DNA of 64,000 nt, from assembly GCF_964213995.1 (NCBI RefSeq), contig NC_135830.1:13578001-13642000 (forward strand), in the 5' to 3' direction. The notes below the pieces were generated by a model, which was given only the letters and a program-made list of their open reading frames with translations, was not told the origin of the DNA and ran no database searches. The DNA comes from Mustelus asterias (lineage: Eukaryota). Of the stretch, positions 50,191 to 62,683 are shown piece after piece. The translations under genes were made by a program, and so were the position numbers. Numbering within the stretch: the stretch's first letter is position 1; the number at the start of each line of letters is the position of its first letter.

Positions 50191-51117
50191 TCATTTGTGA
50201 ACTCGCTGGTGTTTCTGCAGGGTGTTCGCACGGGTGAATCCTTTCCCACACACTGAGCAGATGAATAATGTCTCCCTGGTGTGACTGTGCTGGTGTTTCA
50301 GCCGGAGGGAATGCTGAGTGAATCGCTTCCCACACACACAGCAGATAAACGGTCTCTCTCCAGTGTGAACTCGCTGGTGAATCAGCAGATCCATTTTGCC
50401 TTTGAAGCTCTTCTCACAGTCTGAACATTTAAAAGGTCTCGTGTCAGAGTGAACACGTTGGTGTGAAGTGAGTTGGGCAGACTGGGTGAATCCCTTCCCA
50501 CACTCGGAGCAGGTGAATGGTCTCACACCAGTGTGAATGCGCTTGTGTCTCAGCAAGCTGGATGACTGAGTGAATCCCTTCCCACACACAGAGCAGGTGA
50601 ATGGTCTCTCCCCAGTGTGAACTCGCTGGTGATCCAACATTTTGCATAACTGAGCGAATGCCGTCCCGCACTCAGGACAGGTGAATGGTTTCTCTCCAGT
50701 GTGAACTCGCCGGTGTGTCAGAAGGTGGGATAACTGAGTGAATCTCTTCCCACACTCAGTGCACATGAATGGTTTCTCTCCAGTGTGAATTCGCCGGTGT
50801 GCCTGCAGGCTGGATAACTGAGTGAATCCCTTCCCGCACTCAGCACAGGCGAACCATCTCTCCCCAGTGTGAACTCGATGGTGTGCCAAAAAATTGTATT
50901 TGGTTTTAAAACTCTTCTCACAGTCAGAACATTTAAAAGGTCTCATGTCAGTGTGAACAAGTTGGTGTGCAGTGAAGTGGGTTAGTCGAGTGAATCCCTT
51001 CCCACATTCAGAACAAGTGAACGGCCTCTCCCCAGTGTGACTGCGTTGATGAGTTTCCAGTTCAGAAGGGTAACTGAATCCCTTTCCACAGTCCCCACAT
51101 TTCAACTGTTTCTCCAT
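50191..51117 (-). CDS. C2H2 zinc-finger protein, 11 fingers
   Basis: 308-aa ORF MEKQLKCGDC..., uninterrupted. Confidence 0.9.
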   Translation of the reverse strand: MEKQLKCGDCGKGFSYPSELETHQRSHTGERPFTCSECGKGFTRLTHFTAHQLVHTDMRPFKCSDCEKSFKTKYNFLAHHRVHTGERWFACAECGKGFTQLSSLQAHRRIHTGEKPFMCTECGKRFTQLSHLLTHRRVHTGEKPFTCPECGTAFAQLCKMLDHQRVHTGERPFTCSVCGKGFTQSSSLLRHKRIHTGVRPFTCSECGKGFTQSAQLTSHQRVHSDTRPFKCSDCEKSFKGKMDLLIHQRVHTGERPFICCVCGKRFTQHSLRLKHQHSHTRETLFICSVCGKGFTRANTLQKHQRVHK

Positions 51118-51564
51118 GGTGCAGGTGTCCTTGTGTCTCTCCAGGTTGGATAATCAGTTGAAGCCTCATCCACACACAGAACACGTGTATGGTTTCTCCT
51201 CGCTGCGAATGATGTGATGTTTTTTCAGGCTGTGTAAGTGGTTAAAACTCTTTCCACAGTCAGTTCACTGGAACACTCTCACTCGGGTGTGTGTGTGTGT
51301 CTCGGTACTTTTCCAGTCACACTGATGTTCAAAATCTTTTCCAACAAACAGAACAAACATCTCTCCTTCCACATTCAAATTCAAGTCCTGATGAATTAAG
51401 TGACTGTAAAATCAGCAGATAATTTCCTGTCTGCAAATCCTTTCCTTCTAATCCCCAGTAAAATATCTACAGTCACCTGTGATCTAACTGGTGTCTCAGA
51501 TTTCACAGTAACTCCATTGCAATGTTAATGTAAGCCTTACTTGTGACTAATAGATAAACTTTAA

Positions 51565-52150
51565 ACATGAGATGACTGAGTACACCCTTTCCCATGTACA
51601 GGGCACGTGAATGGTCTCTCACCAATAAGAACTCACTGGTTAATGAATGAATCTTTTCCCACACATAGGGCAAGTGAATGGCTTCACTCCAGCATGAGTG
51701 TGCTGGTGTTCCTGCAGAATATTGTTGCTTTCAAAGCTATTCTCATAGTTATAAAATTTAAAGATCTCACATCAGTGTGACTCCGCTGGTGTCTACAGAT
51801 TGGATAAATGAGAAAATCCCATCCCACACATGGTGCAGGTGAACAGTCTTTCCCCAGTGTGAGTGCGTCAGTGAATTTCCACACAATTCCCACAGTCCCT
51901 GCACTGGAACACTGTGTGTGTGTGTGTGGGGCGGGCGGGCGGGCGGTGGGGGGGGGGGGGGGGGGATTGGTGCTTTTCCAGTTATGCTGATGTTTGATTT
52001 TTTTCCCCACAGACAGAACACACAAACATTTCTCCCTCCACATTCAGAAGCCGATGGTATTCAGATCCTGATGAATTGAGTCATTGTCAGGTCTTGAAGT
52101 GATGCTTGATTTGAGTTTCCTGTCTGTCGATCCTCTACTTGTAACCCTGT
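51565..52150 (-). pseudogene. Highly decayed zinc-finger exon
   Basis: Residual cactggggaaagactgttcacctgc linkers and the leader shared with paralogues. Confidence 0.65.
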
Positions 52151-52879
52151 AAATCCAGTTCATACAGGTCAGTCCAATTCAGAACAGATCATTCTAGTTC
52201 GTGGGGAATACTTATTTCTCTCTTGTTTCCCAAAGCTGCAAATTCCAATTCCACGCACTTTCCCTCAACTCATCACAATGGCTTCACAGTTACCAATACT
52301 GAGACTCGCATTGAATTCCGGATTATTAACTGAATTTAAATTCCACCAGCTATCCTGGTATGTTTTTAACCATTATCCCCAGAACATTATTCTTGTCCTC
52401 TGGATTACTGGTGTAGTGCACCCCAATGGAGAATAGGAATGACCCAGAGCTGAATGGTTCCACTCAAGGGTCCGTAATATCCAGGTTCTGATTGATCAAG
52501 TGACTCTCTCAGATCTTGATGTCTTGTTAGATTTCAGTTTTCTGTGTGTAAATCCTCCCCTTTGAACTCCCTGTAAAAGGAGGTTCCAAAATCCATCAGT
52601 GTGAGTGCAGGACAGAAATTCCCCCCATTCTCTCCTCCTGCTCCAGGGTCAGTAAAGTGAGTTAAAGATGATTCTCATTAACAAACCCATTGCTGCATTT
52701 CCTTCCTGAAGCCACATTTGTCCACTGGGGCCTGGCCCCGGGAGAAAGCGCTGCAGCTGCCGTTGTGTTGGGTGTTGAGGCGGTGCCGCTAGTTCCTTAT
52801 TGCGGGTGTTGAAGCCTCCACTGGGTGTGTGGAGCCTCCCCTCCCACCCACTGCCCCTAACGCTGCCTCCGCTTATCCG

Positions 52880-53345
52880 CCTCCTTCCCGCCTGAAGATC
52901 AGACAAACAAGCGCCTGTCCTTGGGACATGAGCCGCACTGCGCATGCTCAGCGTCACAATGCCTGGGGACTGATTGACGGCAGCTCCAGACCAATAGGGA
53001 AAGGGGGCGGGGCTGGAGGACCGAGCGGAGCGGCTGGTCCTCCAACCAATCGGAGTGAAAGAGGGGCGAGATCTTAAGCATGCGCAGTAGCGCAGTAATG
53101 GCGACGGACGGACGGTTTTTCATCGAATCCACAAACGGTAAAAGGAAAATTGCGGAACGTGGGAACAGTGGATCTGGCGGGTGGGTGAACAGTTTTTGTA
53201 AACATGTTGTTCAGGCCCAACCCCAAAAAAGGATTTTATGTTTCGCGCCGAGCGGGGCCGCAAAGTCCAGTATTCGGCTCGGGTTAACGACCGCCATCTT
53301 TATTGGGGGCAATGAGCAGCAGGGCTCATGCCTTCCGCCATCTTT
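52880..53345. promoter_or_regulatory. CpG island promoter of the minus-strand ZNF at 50191
   Basis: Inverted copy of the cassette at 34925-35080; GCGCATG and CGCCATCTT motifs. Confidence 0.65.
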
Positions 53346-53529
53346 GTAAGGGGCAAAGGTGTCAATGAGTGGGAGGAGCTTGTTCCCCATTGTTCAGAAT
53401 GGAGCCAACTTGTCCATCAAACCTCTGACCCGGGTAATCTGACCCTGGTTTACACAGAGCCAGATGTTTAATTGATCAGGCAAAGTGGCAATATTACAAG
53501 GAAAGGATGCAAATCCTGCTCTCCGGATC

Positions 53530-53735
53530 CCATAACCTATAACACCCTGACACTGAAGGGCAATTTATCACGGCCAATCAACTTAACCCGCATCTTTGGA
53601 GTGTGGAAGGAAACCGGAGCACTTGGACGAAACCCACGCAGGCACGGGGAGAATGTACAAACTCCACACAAACAGTGACACAAGCCAGGACCCTGGTGCT
53701 GTGAGGCAGCAGTGCTAACCACTGTGTCACCGTGA
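53530..53735 (-). mobile_element. HE1-type SINE
   Basis: Reverse-complement head. Confidence 0.8.
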
Positions 53736-55336
53736 TACCCCTCCTTTTTGTGGCTATTATTCAAATTATATAAGGCCTGTGCCACTCTTTGAGTGTGTGG
53801 TCACTGGTCAAAAGCTTGATTCATTGTTTCAATAGCCCATTCATGTGTTCAATCAGGCCAGGTTCGGGGATGTGCAATACCCAATGTATTCCATTCATTG
53901 ACTCCTATGTGATACAAATGTCATCCCAAATTGATTTTTACACGGTGAGATCTTATTCCTTCGCACCTTATCACATTATTATTCTTGATCACTCGAGCTC
54001 TGATTTTTCACTGGCCATGCTTGGGTAGGATTATAACCATTCATTAAAATCTATTCTCAGAGGTCTGGTTTTCAGTCCAGTGCTATTTGGAGTATACCGT
54101 CACTTCAGTGACTATCAGGTCACAAGTCCCTCACAGTTCTCATCACAAATTTGTGATAAAACAATTTAAACAATGCCTGAAAATGCTTCTTAACTTCTTA
54201 ACCAACGATCTATCACTGTTTGTTGATTGGTCAGACCCCTCTTTGTGGATTCAGGTATCTCGGACGCTGAACACCAGCCGGTCCTGGAATAAGTTTAATT
54301 CTCACTCATTCTGAGTAAATATTCTCACCAGGTCCTCTGTTGGGGCCCTGCTAAGCAGCTTTAATGGTCCGTGATTGCAGAAACTGAGCAGTCACAGGAA
54401 TGTGGTCAAGATAGTCCAGTCCCATAATGCCTCACATTCAATCTGTTGTCCTTCAATTATAACAGAATATGTGGCTGTATGTAGCTGCCTTGGCCATGGT
54501 CAACCCCAACACTGCCTTCCTGAACTGTTACTATGCCTGAGGTGTAAGTACACCCACAGTGCTGTTAGGAAGGGATTTCCAGCTACACATTCCACACTTT
54601 CACTAGAATGTAAGCGGGTTCCCAGGTGATATATTTCATTAACTGCACCCAAGGTGAGTTATTCCAATTCCTTTATTGTCCAGGACAATATATTCACAAT
54701 ATCTTTAAAACAGAAATTAAACATTCCCATTTGATTTCAGGTATTAACATATTCTGTTAGTTTGTTCTTTATTGTCAATGTCAGGCTGGGGTTGTTCCCC
54801 ATGGAGGAAAGGAGGTTGAGGGGAGATTTGATAGAGGTGGACAAGATTCTGACAGGGTTAGATAAGGTGGACAAAGAAAAGCTGTTCCCATTAGCTGATG
54901 GAACAGGGATGAGGGGGACACAGATTTATGGTTTTGGGTCAGAGATGCAGGGGGGGATGTGAGGAAGAATATTTTGATGCAGCGAATGGTAATGACCTGG
55001 AACTCGCTGCCTACGAGAGTGGAGGAAGTGGAGACAATAAACAATTACAAAGGAAATTGGATGGGCATGTGGGGGGTTTCAAACAGAAATGCTGACTAAA
55101 TATCTCTGAACTTCCTCACACCCTGTCACTCTGTGATCCTTGTGAAATTTGAAACCAGGTATTCGCAACAAGACTCAAAGAGCATCAGCCCACTGGGGGC
55201 AAAGTCATGAGACCGGCCAGTCCAGCAGAAAGAAACCCTCCGACCCTCCCCATTGACCAACTGTGAGAATGAACAAAATGCAGTCCTGGATGTAATTGAG
55301 AGCAGAAACAATAACAGCAGAATCCAACACCTGGAA

Positions 55337-56011
55337 TCACTCGTGAATTCGCTGGTGTCTCAACAGCTGGGATGAAAGACTGAATCTCTTCTCACACACA
55401 GAGCAGCTGAACGGCCTCTCCCCAGTGTGAATTCCCTGGTGTGTCTGCAGGCTGGATAACCGAGAGAATCCCTTTCCACACACAGAGCAAGTGAACGGTT
55501 TCTCCCCAGTGTGAACTCGTTGGTGTCTCTGCTGGCTGGATGAATCACTGAACCGCTTCCCACACTGAGAGCAGGTGAACGGCCTCTCCCCAGTGTGAAC
55601 TCGCTGGTGTGTCTGCAGGTGGGATAACCGACTGAATCCCTTCCCACACTGAGAGCAAGTGAACGGCCTCTCCCCAGTGTGAACTCGCTGGTGTGTCCGC
55701 AGGCAGAATAACCGAGAGAATCCCTTCCCACACTGAGAGCAAGTGAACAGCCTCTCCCCAGTGTGAACTCGCTCGTGTGTCCGCAGGCTGGATAGCTGAG
55801 TGAATCCCTCCCCACACTGAGAGCAGGTGAATGGCCTCTCTCCAGTGTGAACTCGCTGGTGTTTCTGCAGGATAGATAATAGAGTGAATCCCTTCCCACA
55901 CTGAGAGCAGGTGAATGGCCTCTCCCCAGTGTGGCTGCGCCGATGAGCTTCCAGCAGAGATGGGACTTTGTATCTCTTCCCACAATCCGCACATTTCCAT
56001 GGTTTCTCCAT
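55337..56011 (-). CDS. C2H2 zinc-finger protein, 8 fingers; paralogue of 17599-18189
   Basis: [10 protein letters not shown]..., uninterrupted; acceptor 56358, small exon 56526-~56590. Confidence 0.88.
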   Translation of the reverse strand: MEKPWKCADCGKRYKVPSLLEAHRRSHTGERPFTCSQCGKGFTLLSILQKHQRVHTGERPFTCSQCGEGFTQLSSLRTHERVHTGERLFTCSQCGKGFSRLFCLRTHQRVHTGERPFTCSQCGKGFSRLSHLQTHQRVHTGERPFTCSQCGKRFSDSSSQQRHQRVHTGEKPFTCSVCGKGFSRLSSLQTHQGIHTGERPFSCSVCEKRFSLSSQLLRHQRIHE

Positions 56012-57051
56012 GGTGCAGGTGTCCTTGCCTCTCTCTTGGGTGGACAATCAGTTGAAGCCTTGTCCACACACAGAACACGACTACGGTCGCTCCCTGCTGT
56101 GAATGGTGTGATATTTATTCAGACTGTGTAACTGGTTAAAGCTCTTTAGTCAGTGCATTGGAACACTCTCACTCGAGTGTGGCAGTGTGTTGGTGTTTTT
56201 CACACTGATGTTTGAAATTTTTTCAAATTGACAGACTGGCCAAACATTTCTCCTTCTGGATTCAAAGGCCGATGATATTCAGCTCCCAAGGAATATGACT
56301 CTGTCAGATCTAGACGTGACGTTTGAGATTTCGGTCTGTGATTCCTCTTTCAATATCCTGTAAAACGAGTTTACAAAAGTCATCAGTGTCAGGACAGGAT
56401 ATAAATTCAGAACAGACAATCCTAGTTTCTATGGAACATTCTTTCCTCTCTCATTCCCCAAAAGCTGTAAATCTCCGTTCCACACACTCTCCCTCCATTC
56501 TCACTCTGCTGTATCTAATATTCACCCTCCCAATTCTCCTGAAGGTGCTGATTGAGGCTGATTGACAGATCCATGCTCACTGCTTCCTGTCCACCACACA
56601 CAAATCATAAGAAACAGGAGCTGCAGTTGGCCATTCAGCCCATCGATTGAGAATTAGCTGATCTACCTCAGCACTATTTCTCGCACTATCCCCCAGGTTG
56701 CTCAATGCCTCAAAAGTTATCAATCTCTCTCTTGAAAATACTTGATGGCTGAGGCTCCACAGTCCTCTGGGATGCAGAATTCAAACATTTCACCACATCC
56801 TTGAGTGAGGAAATCCCTTCTCATCTTAACTTTCACTCCATTTTCCCACTGTTCTCCGTAATGCTTGACTCCTTTATCAATGTAAAATCTGTCTTACTCA
56901 TCCTCGAATATATTCAATAACCCTCAGCTTCCATTGATCCCTGTGGAAGACAAATCCAAAGACCAGTGACTCGAATAAGCACGAGATGAATGACTGAAAA
57001 TATATAATTGACATGATTGACAGATCCATGCTCACTGCTTCTTTTCCTGGA

Positions 57052-57558
57052 CAGTAAGAAGTCTCACAACACCAGGTTAAAATCCAACAGGTTTATTTGG
57101 TAGCAAACGCCACGAGCTTTCGGAGCGCTGCCCCTTCATCAGGTGAGTGGGAGTTGTGTTCACAAACAGGGCATATATAGACACAAACTCAATTTACAAG
57201 ATAATGGTTGGAATGCGAGTCTTTACAGGTAATCAAGTCTTAAAGGAACAGACAATGTGAGTGGAGAGAGGGTGAAGCACAGGTTAAAGAGATGTGTATT
57301 GTCTCCAGCCAGGACAGTTAGTGAGATTTTGCAAGCCCAGGCAAGTCGTGGGGGTTCATGTAAATATTTATTTTGTAAATTGAGTTTGTGTCTATATATG
57401 CCCTGTTTGTGAACACAACTTCCACTCACCTGACGAAGGAGCAGCGCTTCGAAAGCTAGTGGTGTTTGCTACCAAATAAACTTGTTGGACTTTAACCTGG
57501 TGTTGTGAGACTTCTTACTGTGTTCACCCCAGTCCAACGCCGGCATCTCCACATCATC
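57052..57558. mobile_element. Penelope pseudo-LTR inverted pair with two hammerheads (57111-57145 -, 57427-57461 +)
   Basis: ~150-bp inverted arms; tttcctggac on both sides; cac-CTGA(T/C)GA...GAAA-gc-T(C/A)-gtg. Confidence 0.85.
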
Positions 57559-57807
57559 CTTTCCTGGACACAGAGAGCTGAAAATCTTCCATCTCACAGC
57601 CACGTGAAAGTTTTACATTTGGACATAAATGAGCAGCCTGATGATGTGTGTAATACACTGCATGACCTGGTTACAGATTCATGAAGAATGTGAGGAGAAC
57701 TTTTATTTAGGCAGCGAGTGGTGAACTGGAAGTTATAAATTGAATCCCAGAATGAGAAAAGAAATGGAAAGGGGGATAAAAGAAAGTGTTTTACTCACAG
57801 ATGTTGG

Positions 57808-59436
57808 CCTCTTTTAAGGGCAAACCAAACAAACAAACTCAAGTTAAATCAGGACAAAGTAAAAGGGGCAGCTCCCCAAAAGGAGGGGGAGAACAGCCCG
57901 AACAAAAATCAAAGTACAAAGGAAACTTAAAAACATCAAATCATAATGTGATTGTCAGGGTCGATAATGCACCCCAACCCCTGCGGTGCCCAGCGGGCGC
58001 GGAAAGCGTCAACCTCGCCCGTGGACACCGCATGCTCCCTCTCCAGGGACACCTGGCCGCGAACGTAGCCGCGGTAGAGGGGCAGACAGTCAGGATGGAC
58101 GGCCCCCTCGATCGCCCGCTGCCTGGACCGGTAAATGGCGCGTTTCGCCAGGCCCAGGAGCAGGTTCACGAGGAGGTCGCCATCCCGACCCGACCCTCTC
58201 CACACCGGGTGTCCGTATATCAGGAGCGTGGGACTGAAGTGCAAACAAAACATCAATAAAAGGTTCTTTAAGAAAACATAAAGGGAGTGCAGCCTAAGAC
58301 ACAAAATATAGACATGGTCCACGGACTCCACAAGGCCACAGAAAGGGCAGTCTTCGGAGCCCGTGAACCAGTGAATCCTACGGTTGTGCGGAACTGCTGC
58401 ATGCATCACCCTCCACCCCAGGTCCCCGACGTAATTGGGGGAGATCCCTCCGTAGAGGGACCTCCAGCGGGGACCTCCGCCGCCCGGCGGCAACAAGGCC
58501 CGCCAAGGTGTATCCAGGCGACAGGCGAGGAGGCGGTAGTGGAAGGTGTGCAGCAGCAGCCCGCACAGGAAACGCCTCCGCGTGGTAGAAAAAGGCACGG
58601 AGGACATTTCCGCGAGGCGGCTCAGGCTGTGGGGCACCTCACCCGAGGAGGGGGGCTGAGGCTTTGGGCCAATGTGGAATTCCGCCCAAACAGGGGAACG
58701 CTCGGGCGGGATCCCACCGCACGCCTGCGTCGCATCGAGTTTGCGTGCAGTTTCGGGGCCGAGCACGACCGTCCTAAGGTCTAGGATGGCTTTGGTCGCG
58801 CGCCGGACGGTCGTCCCCGCGCGCTCAGCCAGCACGCGGGGACTCATCCAGCCTGCCCCTCCGCCATCGAGCACGTCCCCGATCCTGGTCACCCTGGCGT
58901 CCACAGCCCTCCTCTCCGCCAGCCACCTGAAGTCATACGGCTGGAGGAGCGGATTCCTGAGCAGCGGCTCTCGCACGAGAGCCGCTACTCCTGACGGGGG
59001 GGAGCTGCGTCACGAGGCGACCGTGTTCCAGACAGTGAGGAGGTCCTGGTAAAAGACGGGCAACTCCTGCAGGGCGGTCGAAGCACGCCCCAATTCGATA
59101 TGCAGGAGCTGCACATCATAATTGAGGCCGTGCCACTGGCGGAAGAAATACGTCGCCATGGCACACCACTGTGGAGGGGACTCAACGTAAAGGTACCTCT
59201 GCAGGGCCTGGAGGCGGAAGGTCGCTATCTGAGTGCGGAGGCACACCAGACCTTGTCCGCCCTCCTCAAGCGGGAGATGCAGAACCGCAGCAGGGACTCA
59301 GTGTAGTCGATTGCCCCAGAAGAACCGCAGGAGGGTTCTCTGGATATCGGCGACAAAGCCAGGAGGAGGGGTCAAAGGGACCAGCCGATACCACAGCATG
59401 GAGGCGACCAGCTGGTTTATGACGCGAACCCGCCCC
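57808..59436 (-). mobile_element. Tx1 (L1 clade) ORF2 3' part, decayed
   Basis: ORF 57936-58976 with CPFCGLVESVDH; upstream INQLVASMLWY...LPLEEGGQGL; abuts ACTCACAGATGTTGG (57793-57807). Confidence 0.9.
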
Positions 59437-59959
59437 TGTGAATGGTCACAAACACTCACCTCTGAAACAATTTAACTGATTTTAATATTAAAATCTCCTG
59501 CGAGAGCCTGCATCTGGATAGATATCAGAAGCATTGGCTTCAGAGAAAAATCTCCCAGTTGAGGAAATCCCCGGGGAGTGGGGGTGATGTCACTGTGCAA
59601 TTGTAAGTAATTGTAAGAATACCTGGGTCTGTGCAAACCAGTGATCACCACACACATTATGGAGGATGTGAGGCTCCTTGACAGGGTGCAGAGGAGATTT
59701 ATCAAAATGGTTCCAGAGATGAGGAATTATAGTTACAATGTTAGGCTGGATAACTTGGGGTTGTTCTCCTTGGAGCAAAGTAGATTGATTGAGGTGTACA
59801 AGGGTACATGGAGGTGTCAAGGTTTTCATGCTCTGTTTACACGTGTACAAGCTCTGACTCTGGGTCATCCAGTCTCAAAACGTTGGTTCTATTCTCTCTC
59901 CACAGATGCTGTCAGATCTGCTGAGATTTTCCAGCATTTACTGTTTTACTTTCCCTTTC

Positions 59960-60890
59960 TTTTTCCTTCTCTGTCACTGCTCTGTCTCATCAATAAGACA
60001 TTGGGACTCAGAGGGTTGATGCAGTTTGATGGACAAGTTGTCTCCATTCTGAACACTGGGGAACAAGCTCCTCCCACTGATTGACAACATTGCCCTCTAC
60101 AAACATGGCGGCCGCACGTGCGCACTGCTGCATATTGCCCCCAATAAAGATGGCGAACGTTAACCCGGGACGAACATGAGGAGCTGCAGCCCTGCTCGGT
60201 ACAAACTGGGTCCGGGAAGTTCTCTTCCGCGGTTTGCGGCTTACACAACATGCTTACGCAGCGTTTCCACCCACCTGGGCGATCCATTGCTCTCTCCGTA
60301 CCGCTAATCACCGCTAACAGATTTCCGAGCCCAAAACAAAAGCCGTTTCCCATCGCCATTACTCACACTGCGCATGCTCCAGTCAAAGCTGGCCCCGCCC
60401 CTCATTCGCTCCTATTGCTTGGAGGACCGACCGCTCCCGATCGGTCCTCCAGCACTACCCCCTCTTCCCATTGGTCCGCGCAGCTGTCAATCAGCCGGGC
60501 ATTGTGACGGTGACTTGCTGCTTGTCCAATAATAACAGTTACAGAGTCTGAGTGTAACAATGACACACACAGGCTCCAATCCAATCAGAGTGGGGATGGA
60601 GCACAGAGACAACACAGCAAAGCACTGACTTACTCTGAGTGTAACAATGACACACACAGGCTCCAATACAATCAGAGTGGGGATGGAGCACAGAGACAAC
60701 ACAGCAAAGCACTGACTTACTCGAGTGTAACAATGACACACACAGGCTCCAATACAATCAGAGTGGGGATGGAACACAGAGACAACACAGCAAAGCACTG
60801 ACTTACTCTGAGTGTAACAAATACAACGTTTGTTCAAATAATAAGAGTCATGTTGCAGTATGTTAGTGAACACAGCATTGGATCCAATGT
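59960..60890. repeat. Segmental duplication of ~24655-26090 (promoter unit, without Tx1), including 87-bp minisatellite x3+ at 60549-60820
   Basis: Colinear similarity; unit starts 60551, 60638, 60724, 60811. Confidence 0.88.
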
Positions 60891-62417
60891 AATGGTAATA
60901 CAGTCAGTATCTAGTGCACCATAACCAGAGTTTAGGTTTCATTTGATAGTGTGAGTGAGTCATGGTCTATTGATATAATGTATTTAGATTCCGGTGTGTG
61001 TTACTCTGCCACTGTCATTATCAGACAATAACCTGTCTGTTATTCCAATTCTGCTGTATTTTACAACTGCAACTCCTGGGATTGATTGGAATCTCGTCTA
61101 ATAATAATCACAAAGGTCGGTTCCAATGTCTCTGAGGACATTTTAACTGCAGGTAATCTGACATTAAGGGAGACAAGAGGCCCAACAAACATTTGATTAT
61201 GATAGGAGGACAAGCTGTAAAGGAGCAATGATATTTTAAGGTGTCTATGTCAGTGTGTCACTGGGAGGTGAGTGATAAAATAGAAGTGGAAACATCACGA
61301 CAGATACATGTGACTGACGCGGCCTGACTGAGAGCTGTTATAGTCGAGGCGAGAATAATGAGGACATGGCGAACTCCAGGGATTTCTGATATCTGAGGTG
61401 TATCTGTTAGAGGAACTAAAAATAATCAGTTCCTTCTCATTGTTATCTGCAGTTCTTAAGTTACAGAGACACACAGGAAACAGGTGTGATAGCTCATCAA
61501 ACCCAATGTTTTAATCTGTTTGAGACATATTGTGACTGAAAAGATCAAATATTAAAACCTTAGGGGATAAACATTCAGAATGTCACAAAGATGAGTGAAC
61601 TGTCCAATTAATCCCATTCACCATAACTCTGCCAATTTACCTTCTGCAAGTATTTATCCAATTCCCTTTGAAAGCTACTATTAAACCTGCTTCGAGCACT
61701 TATCAGTTTGTGCATTCCAGATCATATCAAGTTATTGTGCAAAAAATTCTCCTTATCACCCCCTCCAATTCTGTTGTCAATTATATTAAATCTCTGTGTC
61801 CTCTGCTTACAGACCCTCCTGCACCGAGGAAATCGATTCTCTCCATCGACAGACCCTCCTCCTGCTGGGAGATAATTTCTCTCCATTGACACTATCATAA
61901 ATCATTTGTCATTTTAAACACCTCTATTAAATCTCCCCATCACATTCCCTAATCTAAGATGGATAACCCATGTTTTTCTTGCCCTGAAGAATTATATGGA
62001 CTCAAAATGTTAACTCTCTGAACAGATGCAGCCGGACCTGCCGGGTTTTTCTGCTTTTCTCCCTGTTTTTCCTTCTATAATCAATCAGAAACTCTCCCTG
62101 ATTTTGAACATCTCGATTAAATAGGAACACACAGAGCCTGAGAAAGATACAGAGGAAGGGAGAGACAGAAAGACTGAGAGAAAAATTGAGAAAGATTTTA
62201 AAAAGCAGAAAGATGAGGTGGCCAAAAATAAAAGTTGAGAAACAGAAGAAACAAGCAATACAGAGGCCCACACTTCGCGGACACGCCCTCAAACCACCCC
62301 GGCAGACGCCCCCCCCCCCCCCCCCCGGGTTCGGATCCCTGGGAGGCAGCCCCGCCCCCTCCCCCATCGGACCCCTCTGGCAGGCAGGTCCCCCGGCAGA
62401 GCACACCCCTAACCTAC

Positions 62418-62551
62418 CTCGATCGTGGTCTCCCTCCACCATCCTTCCCGCTCGCCTTCAGTCCTTCGACAGCCTGCAGCACGTTCCTGGACACTAACTT
62501 CGAGCCACGGCTGTAGTGAACGGGCTTCACACAGGTCCGCTGGCGTCTGCC
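62418..62551 (-). pseudogene. rps19: Ribosomal protein eS19 exon remnant
   Basis: [32 protein letters not shown] [13-nt insert] MVEGDHDR vs vertebrate RPS19 [40 protein letters not shown] (from memory); GTAGG donor follows. Confidence 0.75.
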
Positions 62552-62683
62552 GGAGGAGGGGGGGGCGGGCCCATTTGGAACCCTGGTGGGGAGGGTGGGA
62601 TGAGGAGAGGGAGTGGGATGAGGAGAGGCCCACGTCGCCCTCTTGGGCGGGGGGGGGGGGGGGGGCTGGTGGGAGTGGAGGCG

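Noticed and set aside
55360-56078. Long alternative-frame ORFs over zinc-finger arrays (also at other ZNFs)
   Set aside because: Typical shadow frames of repetitive finger codons
60549-60820. CRISPR-like array
   Set aside because: Whole 87-bp unit repeats with no unique spacers; eukaryotic context
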